A stretch of DNA of 64,000 nucleotides from an uncultured Prolixibacteraceae bacterium (GCA_964616825.1 CAZTSX010000007.1:40248-104247); one strand, 5' to 3'. Counted from the first letter of the stretch, positions 41,601 through 50,764 are shown. Numbers and translations: made by a program. Notes: generated by a model from the letters alone, not told the origin.

Positions 41601-43103
41601 ATGAAAAAGTTATTTACAATTATTGTCGTGCTATCTCTGTTTACCATAGCCTGTCAAAATCATTCAACCCAGTATGCAGCAGCCAGCCAAGACTATGAAA
41701 GTCTCAGTTTTACCATTTTCTCAGAAGATTTGGAGCTATTTGTTGAATTTCCCACGTTGATCGTAGGTGAAACAGCAACTTTCATCACACACTTTACGCA
41801 ACTTAGTGATTATAAACCTCTGCTAAAGGGAGAGTTGACACTTTCGTTGACAGGGCCATCCACTCAATCTGTTGTTGTCGAAGGCCCGGTACGACCCGGA
41901 ATATTTGAACCATCAATTATTCCTGGCTCGTCAGGTGTTTTTACACTGAGTTTTACCATTGAAACAGAAACCCTCATAGTAGAGTTCATCATTGAAGAGC
42001 TGGAGGTATTTGCTGATGATAAAGCAGCGGAGGCACATGCGGCAGAATGTGAAGCTCCTGATCATGGAGACGGTGGCATCAGCTTCCTGAAAGAACAAGC
42101 CTGGAAGATCGACTTCGAAACACAATCGGTGAAGCGATCAGACTACCAGGAGATAATCAAAACGACAGGGAAAATTTTACCGGCCCAGGGAGATGAATAT
42201 ATGATCACGGCCAGCCATGGAGGAATTGTGGTATTTCGGAAAAACAATATCTTTTCGGGGAACAAAGTTCGGAAGGGAGAATTGTTGTTCAATATTTCAG
42301 CAAGTGGATTGGTTGATGACAATATCAAAGAGCAATACCTTCAGGCATTGGCAAAATACGAAAAAAGCAAAGCCAACTACATCCGCAATAAGTTTCTAAT
42401 ACAAGATAAGCTAATCACTGAGAGTGAGTTTCTTGAAAGCAAATATGAGTTCAAGGTCGACAGCAATGCCTTTCAGGTGATCCTGAAAAATTATTCTGAA
42501 GGAGGCGGTGAGGTCAGAGCTGCTGCAAATGGATTTATTCAGCAGGTATATGTATCTGAGGGGGAGTTTGTTGAACAAGGCCAACTCCTGGCCTCTATTT
42601 CATCAAATCAGAACCTCATTATAGAGGCAGATGTCCCGCAGCGATATTTTCACAAACTGGGATTCATCACCTCAGCGAATATCGAGACGCCTTACGACAA
42701 TAAAATCTATGATATTGATAACCTGAATGGTAAGCTGGTCTCCTATGGCAGAAACACAGATCCTTCCGGGCTGTTCACACCGGTCTATTTCCAGATTAAA
42801 AATCCGGGAAAATTAATCCCCGGATCCTTTATCGAAGTCTATCTTAAAGCCAAACCTGTAAGGGATATACTGGTCATCCCACGAAGCGCCCTCATTGAAG
42901 AGTTCGGCAACTATTATGTCTTTATTCAGACCGGTGGGGAATCGTATGCAAAAAGTGAGGTTGCGATCGGGAACGATGATGGAATCCATGTAATGATTCG
43001 CGAGGGTCTTCATGAAGATGACCGAGTGGTTACGAAAGGAGCCTATCGAATCAAATTAGCCTCCATGAGCAGTGATCTTCCATCACATGGTCATGTGCAT
43101 TAA
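41601..43103 (+). CDS. RND efflux periplasmic adaptor (CzcB/CusB, HlyD family) lipoprotein
   Basis: Lipobox-like LFTIAC, the adaptor barrel/lipoyl segments, an extra ~150-aa N-terminal domain and a C-terminal SHGHVH tail. Confidence 0.75.
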   Translation: MKKLFTIIVVLSLFTIACQNHSTQYAAASQDYESLSFTIFSEDLELFVEFPTLIVGETATFITHFTQLSDYKPLLKGELTLSLTGPSTQSVVVEGPVRPGIFEPSIIPGSSGVFTLSFTIETETLIVEFIIEELEVFADDKAAEAHAAECEAPDHGDGGISFLKEQAWKIDFETQSVKRSDYQEIIKTTGKILPAQGDEYMITASHGGIVVFRKNNIFSGNKVRKGELLFNISASGLVDDNIKEQYLQALAKYEKSKANYIRNKFLIQDKLITESEFLESKYEFKVDSNAFQVILKNYSEGGGEVRAAANGFIQQVYVSEGEFVEQGQLLASISSNQNLIIEADVPQRYFHKLGFITSANIETPYDNKIYDIDNLNGKLVSYGRNTDPSGLFTPVYFQIKNPGKLIPGSFIEVYLKAKPVRDILVIPRSALIEEFGNYYVFIQTGGESYAKSEVAIGNDDGIHVMIREGLHEDDRVVTKGAYRIKLASMSSDLPSHGHVH

Positions 43104-43124
43104 TTGAACTAAAAATTTGAAATC

Positions 43125-46100
43125 GTGCTAGATAAAATCATAAAATATTCGCTCAACAACCGGCTTATTATTTTGGTGAGCGGTCTGTTAATCCTATTGG
43201 CCGGATCGTTTATCACCTCCAGAATAGACATTGATATTTTTCCGGACCTGAATGCACCCACAGTTGTTGTGATGACAGAAGCTCACGGGATGGCTCCTGA
43301 AGAGGTGGAAAAGCTGGTCACATTTCCCATAGAAACTGCTATCAATGGGGCGACAGGGATCCGCCGGGTACGCTCATCATCTTCCACCGGATTTTCCATT
43401 GTATGGGCTGAGTTCAACTGGGGAGTTGACATCTATAATGCCCGGCAGATTGTGAGTGAGAAACTGCAAACGATCAATGATGCATTGCCCACAGGAGCCG
43501 GCAATCCCATGCTTGCACCACAATCTTCGTTGCTGGGAGAGATCATGATCTTCAGCATCAGCTCCGACTCCATCGATCCGCTTCAACTGCGCACACTGGC
43601 CGAATGGGAAATCCGGCCTCAGCTTCTTGCTGTTGGAGGTGTAGCCCAGATAACTATCATCGGAGGAGAGTATAAGGAATACCAGATCCTGGCAGATCCT
43701 TATCAGATGAAAAATTATGAAGTGACGATGAATGAACTGCTGGAAGCGAGTCAATCGACCAACGAGAATGCTTCAGGAGGCTTTATCAACGAATTTGGGA
43801 ATGAGTATATCATCAGAGGGATTGCCCGAACTACGGATATCGAGGAGATCGGGAATACAGTGATCAAAATGCGTGAAGGAGCTCCGGTGTTACTGCAAAA
43901 TGTTTGCACGGTAAAAATTGGAGCTGCTCCTAAAATCGGGGATGGATCCTACAGGGGAGAGAGCGCCGTGGTAATCACAGTGAATAAACAGCCCAATATA
44001 AATACCATTGACCTTACCGAAGAGCTGAATACAACGATTAGTGAAATCCAGGAAAAACTTCCGGATTACATCCAGTTCAATAAAGATATTTTTGAGCAAT
44101 CTGATTTCATTGATATTGCCGTAAGCAATGTAAGGAAAGCACTCCTGGAAGGGGCGGTATTCGTGGTTGTTGTTTTGTTTATTTTTCTGATGAGTTTTCG
44201 AACAACAATCATCTCTGTGGTGGCGATCCCCCTCTCTCTCCTCGTCACTATTCTAGCATTGAAGTTATTCGGCTTTACAATAAATACCATGAGCCTGGGT
44301 GGGATGACCATTGCCATCGGCTCCCTGGTTGACGATGCGATTATTTACGTAGAGAATATTTATAAGCGCCTGAAAGAGAATGTTCGAAAAGAGAAATCAA
44401 AGAGGGAGAGTTCTCTTCAGGTAGTACTGGATGCCTCCCGTGAGATCAGGTCATCCATTCTCAACGCCACAATCATCATCATCGTGGCTTTTATTCCATT
44501 GTTTTTTCTGGGTGGCATGGAAGGCAGGATGTTAAAACCTCTGGGGATAGCCTATATCGTTTCTCTCTTTGCCTCCATGATTGTCGCCATGACTGTGACG
44601 CCGGTGCTTTGCAGCTATATGCTCACAAATGAGAAACGACTGATGAAACGGAAAGTAGGCAGCTGGATAACCAGGAATCTGACCTATCTCTATATGGTCA
44701 GTCTCAAGCAATCACTCAGGAAGAAATGGGTTGTTGTTTCTGTTTCTACGATCCTCTTCATTGTGGCCATTATTGTCTTTCTTTCATTCGGACGGACCTT
44801 CCTCCCTCCTTTCAATGAAGGGTCCCTGGCAATCAATATAGCCACAGTTCCCGGAATTTCCCTTGACGAGTCAAACCAGATCGGTGTTGAAGCCGAAAAA
44901 ATACTTCTAACGATTCCTGAAGTGATCACCACATCCCGCAAAACAGGAAGAGCTGAACTGGCGGAGCACTCATTTGGAGTTAATGTGGCTGAGATTGAAA
45001 CTCCTTTTAAGTTACAAGAGCGATCAAGGGCAGCGTTCCTAAAGGATGTGAGGGATAAACTGGGACAAATTCAGGGGATCATTATTGAGGTGGGTCAGCC
45101 AATCACTCACAGGATAGATCACATGCTTTCAGGAACCCGCAGCAATATTGCGATAAAATTGTTTGGCACTGATCTCAGGGAGATGTATTCGCTGGCTATA
45201 GAGATCAGAAACAGTATTGAAAATGTGGACGGGATTGCAGATTTAAATGTGGAGCAACAGGTCGAAATCCCTCAGATCCAGATCAAGCCAAAACGAGATA
45301 TGCTGGCCAGATATGGGATCCCGGTCAGCGATTTTATCCGATTTGTGGATGTAGCTTTTGGAGGAGAGAAGATCTCTGACGTATTTGAAGAGGAACGATC
45401 GTTTGACCTGGTATTACGTTTTGGTGATCCATACAGAGGAAATATAGGGGCTATAAATAATGCACTCATTGACACATATGATGGAAAGAAGATCCCGCTG
45501 GCAACGATTGCTGATATTTCATCTACTTCAGGACCTACCTCAATTAACCGGGAAAATGTGAAACGAAAAATCGTGATCTCAGCCAATATCGCCGGGCGGG
45601 ATCTGCGAAGTGTTGTCAATGATATTCAAAAACATGTCGACGAAGAGATCATTTTTCCGGAAGGGTATTCCATCCAATACGGGGGACAGTTTGAAAGTGA
45701 AGAGAGAGCTTCCCGGATCATCCTGTTTACCTCCCTTGCGGCAATCATTGTCATATTCTTAATCCTCTACCAGGAGTTTAAAAAATCATCCCTGGCATGG
45801 ATTATTTTGCTCAACCTTCCCCTGGCGCTGATTGGTGGCGTAGCCAGTATCTGGCTGACCTCAGGTGTGCTGAGTATTCCTGCCATCATTGGCTTTATCA
45901 CTCTCTTTGGCATTGCTACCCGGAATGGCATTCTACTGGTTTCTAAATACCAGAATCTTGACAAGGAGGGATATCATCTTCACAATACCGTGATCAAGGG
46001 ATCCATGGACCGGCTGAGTCCCATTCTGATGACTGCGTTAACTGCTGCGCTCGCGCTGATTCCATTGGCGATCGCAGGCGACAAACCGGGGAATGAGATA

Positions 46101-46220
46101 CAAAGCCCTATGGCCGTTGTCATTCTGGGAGGATTATTGTCCTCTACCTTGTTGAATGTATACGTTGTTCCGGTAGTTTACACGCTTATGAATTCGAAAA
46201 AAACAAATTATGAAAAATAA
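43125..46220 (+). CDS. CusA/CzcA-family heavy-metal efflux RND transporter
   Basis: 1031 aa with a GTG start and 12-TM RND architecture. Typical N-terminus KIIKYSLNNRLIILV and the DDAIIYVENI motif. Confidence 0.9.
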   Translation: MLDKIIKYSLNNRLIILVSGLLILLAGSFITSRIDIDIFPDLNAPTVVVMTEAHGMAPEEVEKLVTFPIETAINGATGIRRVRSSSSTGFSIVWAEFNWGVDIYNARQIVSEKLQTINDALPTGAGNPMLAPQSSLLGEIMIFSISSDSIDPLQLRTLAEWEIRPQLLAVGGVAQITIIGGEYKEYQILADPYQMKNYEVTMNELLEASQSTNENASGGFINEFGNEYIIRGIARTTDIEEIGNTVIKMREGAPVLLQNVCTVKIGAAPKIGDGSYRGESAVVITVNKQPNINTIDLTEELNTTISEIQEKLPDYIQFNKDIFEQSDFIDIAVSNVRKALLEGAVFVVVVLFIFLMSFRTTIISVVAIPLSLLVTILALKLFGFTINTMSLGGMTIAIGSLVDDAIIYVENIYKRLKENVRKEKSKRESSLQVVLDASREIRSSILNATIIIIVAFIPLFFLGGMEGRMLKPLGIAYIVSLFASMIVAMTVTPVLCSYMLTNEKRLMKRKVGSWITRNLTYLYMVSLKQSLRKKWVVVSVSTILFIVAIIVFLSFGRTFLPPFNEGSLAINIATVPGISLDESNQIGVEAEKILLTIPEVITTSRKTGRAELAEHSFGVNVAEIETPFKLQERSRAAFLKDVRDKLGQIQGIIIEVGQPITHRIDHMLSGTRSNIAIKLFGTDLREMYSLAIEIRNSIENVDGIADLNVEQQVEIPQIQIKPKRDMLARYGIPVSDFIRFVDVAFGGEKISDVFEEERSFDLVLRFGDPYRGNIGAINNALIDTYDGKKIPLATIADISSTSGPTSINRENVKRKIVISANIAGRDLRSVVNDIQKHVDEEIIFPEGYSIQYGGQFESEERASRIILFTSLAAIIVIFLILYQEFKKSSLAWIILLNLPLALIGGVASIWLTSGVLSIPAIIGFITLFGIATRNGILLVSKYQNLDKEGYHLHNTVIKGSMDRLSPILMTALTAALALIPLAIAGDKPGNEIQSPMAVVILGGLLSSTLLNVYVVPVVYTLMNSKKTNYEK

Positions 46221-47385
46221 GATCTTCTTCTTTGTGTTCCTGATGGCACTCTCAGGAAGTACGTGGGCGCAATCATACAACCAGGTCATGCAGATGATAC
46301 AGAAGAATAACCTGTCGATTGCAGCCACTCAGAAATATCTCGAAGCCGAAAAGTACAATTACAAAACCGGCCTTGCCCCGGATGATCCCACGATTGAATA
46401 CGGGCATTTCCCGGGAAATAAATCATCAATCGGGATTAAAAGAACCCTCGATGTGACGATGGAGTTTGAGTTTCCTACAACCTATTTCAACAAACAGAAA
46501 ATCTCGAAAACCCAGGCAGAAAACATGTCTTACCTGACGCAAAACCAGATACAGAACATTCTGCTCAAGGCCAGAGATTATTATTTCGAACTGGTTTATC
46601 TGAATAAATACTATCTGGTGCTTACAAAAAGGAATGACCAGGCCAATACCCTGATGAAGGCATATCAGCAGAAATTCGACAAAGGCGATGCAAATATTCT
46701 TGATCTCAATAAAGCAAAGATGCAACTTGCTGAAGCGGAAAGTCAGCTTCGGCTTAACGTTTCGATGATTGCTATTTATACAGAAAAGCTGAGCATGTTG
46801 AACTACAACAATAAAGTCGTTGTTTTTGATACTCTCTACCCTGTCATCCCGCTGAAAAGCTTTGATTCCCTTTACAATGAACTTGTAGCAAAGCACCCAT
46901 TGTTAAAAAGTTATTCCAAAGAGACAGAGTTGGCTAATCAGCAAATTTCCCTGAACAGATCTGAGTGGTGGCCCGATCTGGAAGTAGGCTACTCCGGAGA
47001 AGATATCCTGGGGGATATTTTTCAGGGGATTAAAGTGGGGATCAGCATTCCCTTATGGCATGACCTGAACAAGGTTCGTTATTCAAAAGTGTTTGCTGAA
47101 TTTGCAAAGCTCAACGAGCAAAGCATGTATAACCAGACTGAATCATGGCTTCAACAAAAATACATGGAAGTGCTGGCTCTGAAACAAAATTATGAAGAGT
47201 ATGAGCAGGTATTAGCTTCATCCAACAATCTGGCCATGCTCGAAAGATCCCTCAAGTTGGGACAAATCTCGTTGATTGAGTATCTTTTCGAAATGACCTA
47301 TTACTACAGGATGTATGACCAATACCTGATTTACGAAAAATCTTACTACCTGGCTCTTTCTGAAATGTATCGATTCAGTTTGTAG
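46210..47385 (+). CDS. TolC-family outer membrane efflux protein
   Basis: Signal peptide and two coiled repeat halves. It overlaps the RND pump gene by 11 nt. Confidence 0.7.
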   Translation: MKNKIFFFVFLMALSGSTWAQSYNQVMQMIQKNNLSIAATQKYLEAEKYNYKTGLAPDDPTIEYGHFPGNKSSIGIKRTLDVTMEFEFPTTYFNKQKISKTQAENMSYLTQNQIQNILLKARDYYFELVYLNKYYLVLTKRNDQANTLMKAYQQKFDKGDANILDLNKAKMQLAEAESQLRLNVSMIAIYTEKLSMLNYNNKVVVFDTLYPVIPLKSFDSLYNELVAKHPLLKSYSKETELANQQISLNRSEWWPDLEVGYSGEDILGDIFQGIKVGISIPLWHDLNKVRYSKVFAEFAKLNEQSMYNQTESWLQQKYMEVLALKQNYEEYEQVLASSNNLAMLERSLKLGQISLIEYLFEMTYYYRMYDQYLIYEKSYYLALSEMYRFSL

Positions 47386-47483
47386 ATACAAGACTTTTTC
47401 GTCAATGGAAATTGACAATTCGTAGAATTTGTTTTTCCTCTGAGAATAATTGCGTTTACTTTCGGGCATCAAAGAAATTAATC

Positions 47484-48551
47484 ATGAAAATGCTAACCAT
47501 GCTACGCTTGAAAAATACCATTCTGACACTGACTCTTATTTTAGGAGTTATGACAACGCTCTCAACATCAATTTATTCTCAGGATCAATCCACGAATAGT
47601 GGTTTCCTGGGTGATAGCTTTATCAACTATATTACATTCAATGGCGAACAAAGCCTGATTGCATATTATGTGCCGGATACTTACGATTCGCTAGTCTCCA
47701 GTAAGATGATCCTGGCATTGCATTACTGTGGCGGCAATGGTCCGAGTGATGCCATAGCCTATCGGAATCTTTTGCGGAATCTTGCTGACCTAATCAACGC
47801 CATTGTTGTGGCACCCTATTGTCATAATACCGGTCCTCCATCATATGTCATACCTGATCCATCTATCATCACAGTGAGCATCGATTCTACGATGGAATTT
47901 CTGAACATCGATCCAGATCACATTTACCTTACAGGGGGTTCCTGCAACGGGCGATCTACCTTTAAGTATGGATTGGATGAGATCTATGATTTTATCGGGA
48001 TCATCCCTTTCCTTGCCTATATGCCCTCTATCGTTCCTGGATATTATAATTTTGATTCCGAGATGCCCAGTTGTGTCTGTTCCGGGACACTTGATCCCAG
48101 CTATTACAATAATGTAAGGATGTATGACAGCCTGGTAGCTCATAACGCAGTAACTCATATGAATTCTATCCCGGGAATCGGACATAACTTTAATTTTCCT
48201 GAATTTACAGAGGAGATGCAGGAGTGTATTGATTTCATCGATTCAGTTGCGCAAATCCCTACATTCACAATTGATTATACCTCTCTGGATAACAGTATTC
48301 TGATCTATCCAAATCCCGTCAAAGAAACTTTGAATATCCAAATGATCTCTAATCGTCCTGGTAACGTTAAAATTGAATTATGTGATCTGACCGGTAGAGT
48401 GTACCAGTCATTATATCAAGGCACGCTGATTGAAGGATCAAACAGGATCAGAATTCAATTACATCCCGGAGAATTCTCTCAAGGCCTGAATATCGTGAGA
48501 ATCTCCACACATAATCAGGTTGCCTATAAGAAGTTGGTTATTGCCTATTAG
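47484..48551 (+). CDS. secreted hydrolase-like protein with T9SS C-terminal sorting domain
   Basis: Signal peptide MKMLTMLRLKNTILTLTLILGVMTTLSTSIYSQ and CTD LIYPNPVKETLNIQM...GLNIVRISTHNQVAYKKLVIAY. The catalytic assignment is weak because LTGGSCNG is not a clean GxSxG. Confidence 0.55.
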   Translation: MKMLTMLRLKNTILTLTLILGVMTTLSTSIYSQDQSTNSGFLGDSFINYITFNGEQSLIAYYVPDTYDSLVSSKMILALHYCGGNGPSDAIAYRNLLRNLADLINAIVVAPYCHNTGPPSYVIPDPSIITVSIDSTMEFLNIDPDHIYLTGGSCNGRSTFKYGLDEIYDFIGIIPFLAYMPSIVPGYYNFDSEMPSCVCSGTLDPSYYNNVRMYDSLVAHNAVTHMNSIPGIGHNFNFPEFTEEMQECIDFIDSVAQIPTFTIDYTSLDNSILIYPNPVKETLNIQMISNRPGNVKIELCDLTGRVYQSLYQGTLIEGSNRIRIQLHPGEFSQGLNIVRISTHNQVAYKKLVIAY

Positions 48552-48591
48552 GGATAATTTCTATCCATACTCCCCCGACTAGTTACACTTA

Positions 48592-48621
48592 GGGTTTCAG
48601 AAAATCTGAAACCCTTTTTTT
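48592..48621 (+). terminator. rho-independent terminator
   Basis: gggtttcag aaaat ctgaaaccc followed by ttttttt, 40 nt after the stop at 48551. Confidence 0.8.
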
Positions 48622-48629
48622 GTGGTGGC

Positions 48630-48709
48630 ACATTCAACCCGGGCAGACCGAGTGGCAGTCGCCTCTGGATCAGTTTCAACCACCCCTTGGCCAATGACAG
48701 TCGCCCCTT
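48630..48709. repeat. two imperfect direct copies of a ~38-nt unit (TTCAACC-N13-TGRCAGTCGCCYCT)
   Basis: cattcaacccgggcagaccgagtggcagtcgcctct compared with gtttcaaccaccccttggccaatgacagtcgcccct. Confidence 0.55.
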
Positions 48710-48733
48710 TTTTAATAATTATTTAGAAACAGG

Positions 48734-48768
48734 GTATAACCTTTTGGCCTGAAAGCGGATTAATGGAA
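48734..48768 (+). repeat. copy d of the conserved motif
   Basis: Reads gTATAACCTTTTGgcctgaaagCGGATTAATGGaag, 82 nt upstream of the inferred higB start. Confidence 0.8.
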
Positions 48769-48797
48769 GAGAAAATAATAACAACGATTAAAGTAAT

Positions 48798-48824
48798 AAA
48801 AAGTTCTCAAAACGAGAACTTTTT
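48798..48824. promoter_or_regulatory. 11-bp perfect inverted repeat, a likely HigA operator (or an insulating hairpin)
   Basis: aaaaagttctc aaaac gagaacttttt, immediately upstream of a -7 box. Confidence 0.5.
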
Positions 48825-48826
48825 AT

Positions 48827-48834
48827 TACTTTTG
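48827..48834 (+). promoter_or_regulatory. candidate -7 promoter box (TACTTTTG) for higBA
   Basis: It ends 16 nt upstream of the CTG at 48851. Confidence 0.45.
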
Positions 48835-48850
48835 TAAAACCAGATCTCTG

Positions 48851-49147
48851 CTGAAACGAATCATTGCAAAGAGAACGCTGAAAGAATTCTGGGAGAAATA
48901 CCCTGATTGTGAACAATATTTAAAAACCTGGCATGAAATAGCAATGGGAGCAGATTGGAATTCTCCAAATGAGATAAAGAATAGTTATGTAAACGCCAGT
49001 ATATTAAAAGGCAACAGAGTGGTATTTAACATAAAAGGCAATTCATACAGACTGGTAGTAAGGTTCAATTATCAAAGACAATGGGCTTTTATTCGTTTTA
49101 TTGGGACCCATTTGGAATACAACAACATAGATGCTGAAACAATTTAA
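48851..49147 (+). CDS. higB: HigB-type mRNA interferase toxin (type II TA); no canonical start codon at the homologous N-terminus
   Basis: In-frame upstream translation gives LLKRIIAKRTLKEFWEKYPDCEQYLKTWHEIAMGADW...RVVFNIKGNSYRLVVRFNYQRQWAFIRFIGTHLEYNNIDAETI, which matches the HigB family over its full length. The frame is open from 48800 but has no ATG, GTG or TTG before the ATG at 48944. Confidence 0.7.
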   Translation: MKRIIAKRTLKEFWEKYPDCEQYLKTWHEIAMGADWNSPNEIKNSYVNASILKGNRVVFNIKGNSYRLVVRFNYQRQWAFIRFIGTHLEYNNIDAETI

Positions 49148-49157
49148 TTAATTAGAG

Positions 49158-49526
49158 ATGGATATTAAACCAATAAAGACAAATTTAGATTATGTAAACG
49201 CTCTTGCTAGACTTGGACAGGTTTTCGATGCTCAAATGGAAACTCCTGAAGGTGATGAAGCTGAAATTCTATCTCTTTTGATTGAGAACTATGAGAATCA
49301 ACATTATTCCATTGAAGCTCCTGATCCTATTGAAGCAATAAAAATCAGGATGGAAGAGATGGCTTTAAAGCAAAAGGATTTAGTAGGTGTAATTGGTGGG
49401 AAAAGTCGTGTCTCAGAAATTCTTAACAAGAAGAAAAGGTTAACTGTTGAGATGATCAGGAATCTGAACGTCAAGCTTAATTTATCCCCTTCAATCTTAG
49501 TAAACAATTACGCCTTATGTGAATAG
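49158..49526 (+). CDS. higA: HigA-type HTH (XRE-like) antitoxin
   Basis: 122 aa, 10 nt after higB, with the C-terminal HTH KQKDLVGVIGGKSRVSEILNKKKRLTVEMIRNL. Confidence 0.8.
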   Translation: MDIKPIKTNLDYVNALARLGQVFDAQMETPEGDEAEILSLLIENYENQHYSIEAPDPIEAIKIRMEEMALKQKDLVGVIGGKSRVSEILNKKKRLTVEMIRNLNVKLNLSPSILVNNYALCE

Positions 49527-49543
49527 AGGAAAAGACCGCCAAC

Positions 49544-49786
49544 CTACCTCACCAAAACCAATTTCTTCGTTGCCGTTTTGTTCCTGGCATTTACCCTGCA
49601 AACATAAACCCCTGCCGATTACGATCCTGCATCCCAAATATACCGGTTTGCGCCTTTATACCCATTGAGAGAAATTTCATCAACAACCTGCCCGAACTGG
49701 TTATATATCATGATCTCCACTTCTCTTGGTTTCTCAAATTCAAACTCAATAGTTGTTGAATAAGAGAATGGGTTCGGATAATTCGC
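49544..49786 (-). pseudogene. orphan 3' remnant of a T9SS-cargo gene (C-terminal sorting domain only, with an internal stop)
   Basis: Minus-strand translation gives NYPNPFSYSTTIEFEFEKPREVEIMIYNQFGQVVDEISLNGYKGANRYIWDAGS*SAGVYVCRVNARNKTATKKLVLVR*. There is a TAA at 49619-49621 and no upstream coding body. Confidence 0.65.
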
Positions 49787-49811
49787 AATTCGTAAATCGA
49801 AAATTGAAATG
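49780..49811. repeat. degenerate tandem array, ~4 x 7 nt (AATTCGN)
   Basis: Reads aattcgc aattcgt aaatcga aaattga. The same unit family occurs in the cinA insert and at 47409-47436. Confidence 0.65.
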
Positions 49812-49873
49812 TCTCTTTCATCGGTTTTTTTGGTCCCGTTCGTCGATTATTTTCAAATTTTTATCGAATTCCC

Positions 49874-49905
49874 TTGACTTTTACGTTTCAATAGTTATAT
49901 ATTTG
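49874..49905 (+). promoter_or_regulatory. candidate promoter (TTGACT-N16-TATATTTG)
   Basis: The -7 box TATATTTG is at 49898-49905, 42 nt upstream of the ATG at 49947. Confidence 0.45.
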
Positions 49906-49946
49906 TAAACTTCATTATTTTTGAAGTATATAAAAAGTTGAATATC

Positions 49947-50759
49947 ATGAGTAATCGATCAAAGTTACGAATGTCAGTTGGGCTATTCTACCCGATAGCC
50001 ATGATCTCCTGCTACATCATTGCCATTGCCGAATGGGGCATCCGATCGTGGCTGATCAGGGATGGAATGGATATCCATAAGATGCCTTTCTTTACCTATT
50101 ATATATGCGGCGCCTTTTTCATCTTCATGGGTCTCTACCAATGGTTCAAATACCGTCTCTGGGTATACCTGGTAATTGGCATCCTGGTGGGATTTTTATG
50201 CGTCCAGATGCCAACCATGATCACCAACACTTACTTCTTTCCCAAAGCATCCTATTTCGTTACGTTCTTTGCCCTGGCCCTCTTTGTGATCCTGAACTGG
50301 TCAACACTGTATGGACAGGAGCGGTATGAGATCAACTCCAGGAGGGTTTTCAAACTGGCAGCAGAATTGATTGTTGAAACAGCCGATGGCTTTACTGACC
50401 GGCCGTTTTCTGCCGGAGAAATTAAGGCCTCGCAGGACGAATTGCTAGGATTTTCAAGGTTCCTGGAAGGCAAATATGTCGCCAGGGTGTTTCATGAAGA
50501 GAAAACAATTTTCCTGACTTTTTCTCTGAACAGAAGCCTAATCACGGTAGTAAATCCTAAAGAAGTGAGTCATATTTCAATCAATGAGTCAGGCATCATG
50601 ACTGTCTTTATCACCGCATCCGATTACCGTCAGTATCGCCGAACATACAACTTCAACCAACTATGTCAATCCATTGGAGAGGTATTCAAGCGATTCATGG
50701 AATATTATCAACAAGGGCTGGAGGCACGGATCATCACAGAGCTAAAAACAGCCAGGTAA
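49947..50759 (+). CDS. hypothetical membrane protein (about 4 N-terminal TM helices plus a ~150-aa soluble C-terminal domain)
   Basis: Long ORF with clear hydrophobic segments. I recognised no family. Confidence 0.55.
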   Translation: MSNRSKLRMSVGLFYPIAMISCYIIAIAEWGIRSWLIRDGMDIHKMPFFTYYICGAFFIFMGLYQWFKYRLWVYLVIGILVGFLCVQMPTMITNTYFFPKASYFVTFFALALFVILNWSTLYGQERYEINSRRVFKLAAELIVETADGFTDRPFSAGEIKASQDELLGFSRFLEGKYVARVFHEEKTIFLTFSLNRSLITVVNPKEVSHISINESGIMTVFITASDYRQYRRTYNFNQLCQSIGEVFKRFMEYYQQGLEARIITELKTAR

Positions 50760-50764
50760 ATGGA

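Noticed and set aside
1168-48768. The five-copy conserved motif as integron attC sites or a chromosomal integron
   Set aside because: attC sites are imperfect palindromes at the 3' end of clustered cassettes next to intI. This motif is non-palindromic, sits 5' of each gene, its copies are dispersed singly among housekeeping genes, and no integrase is present.
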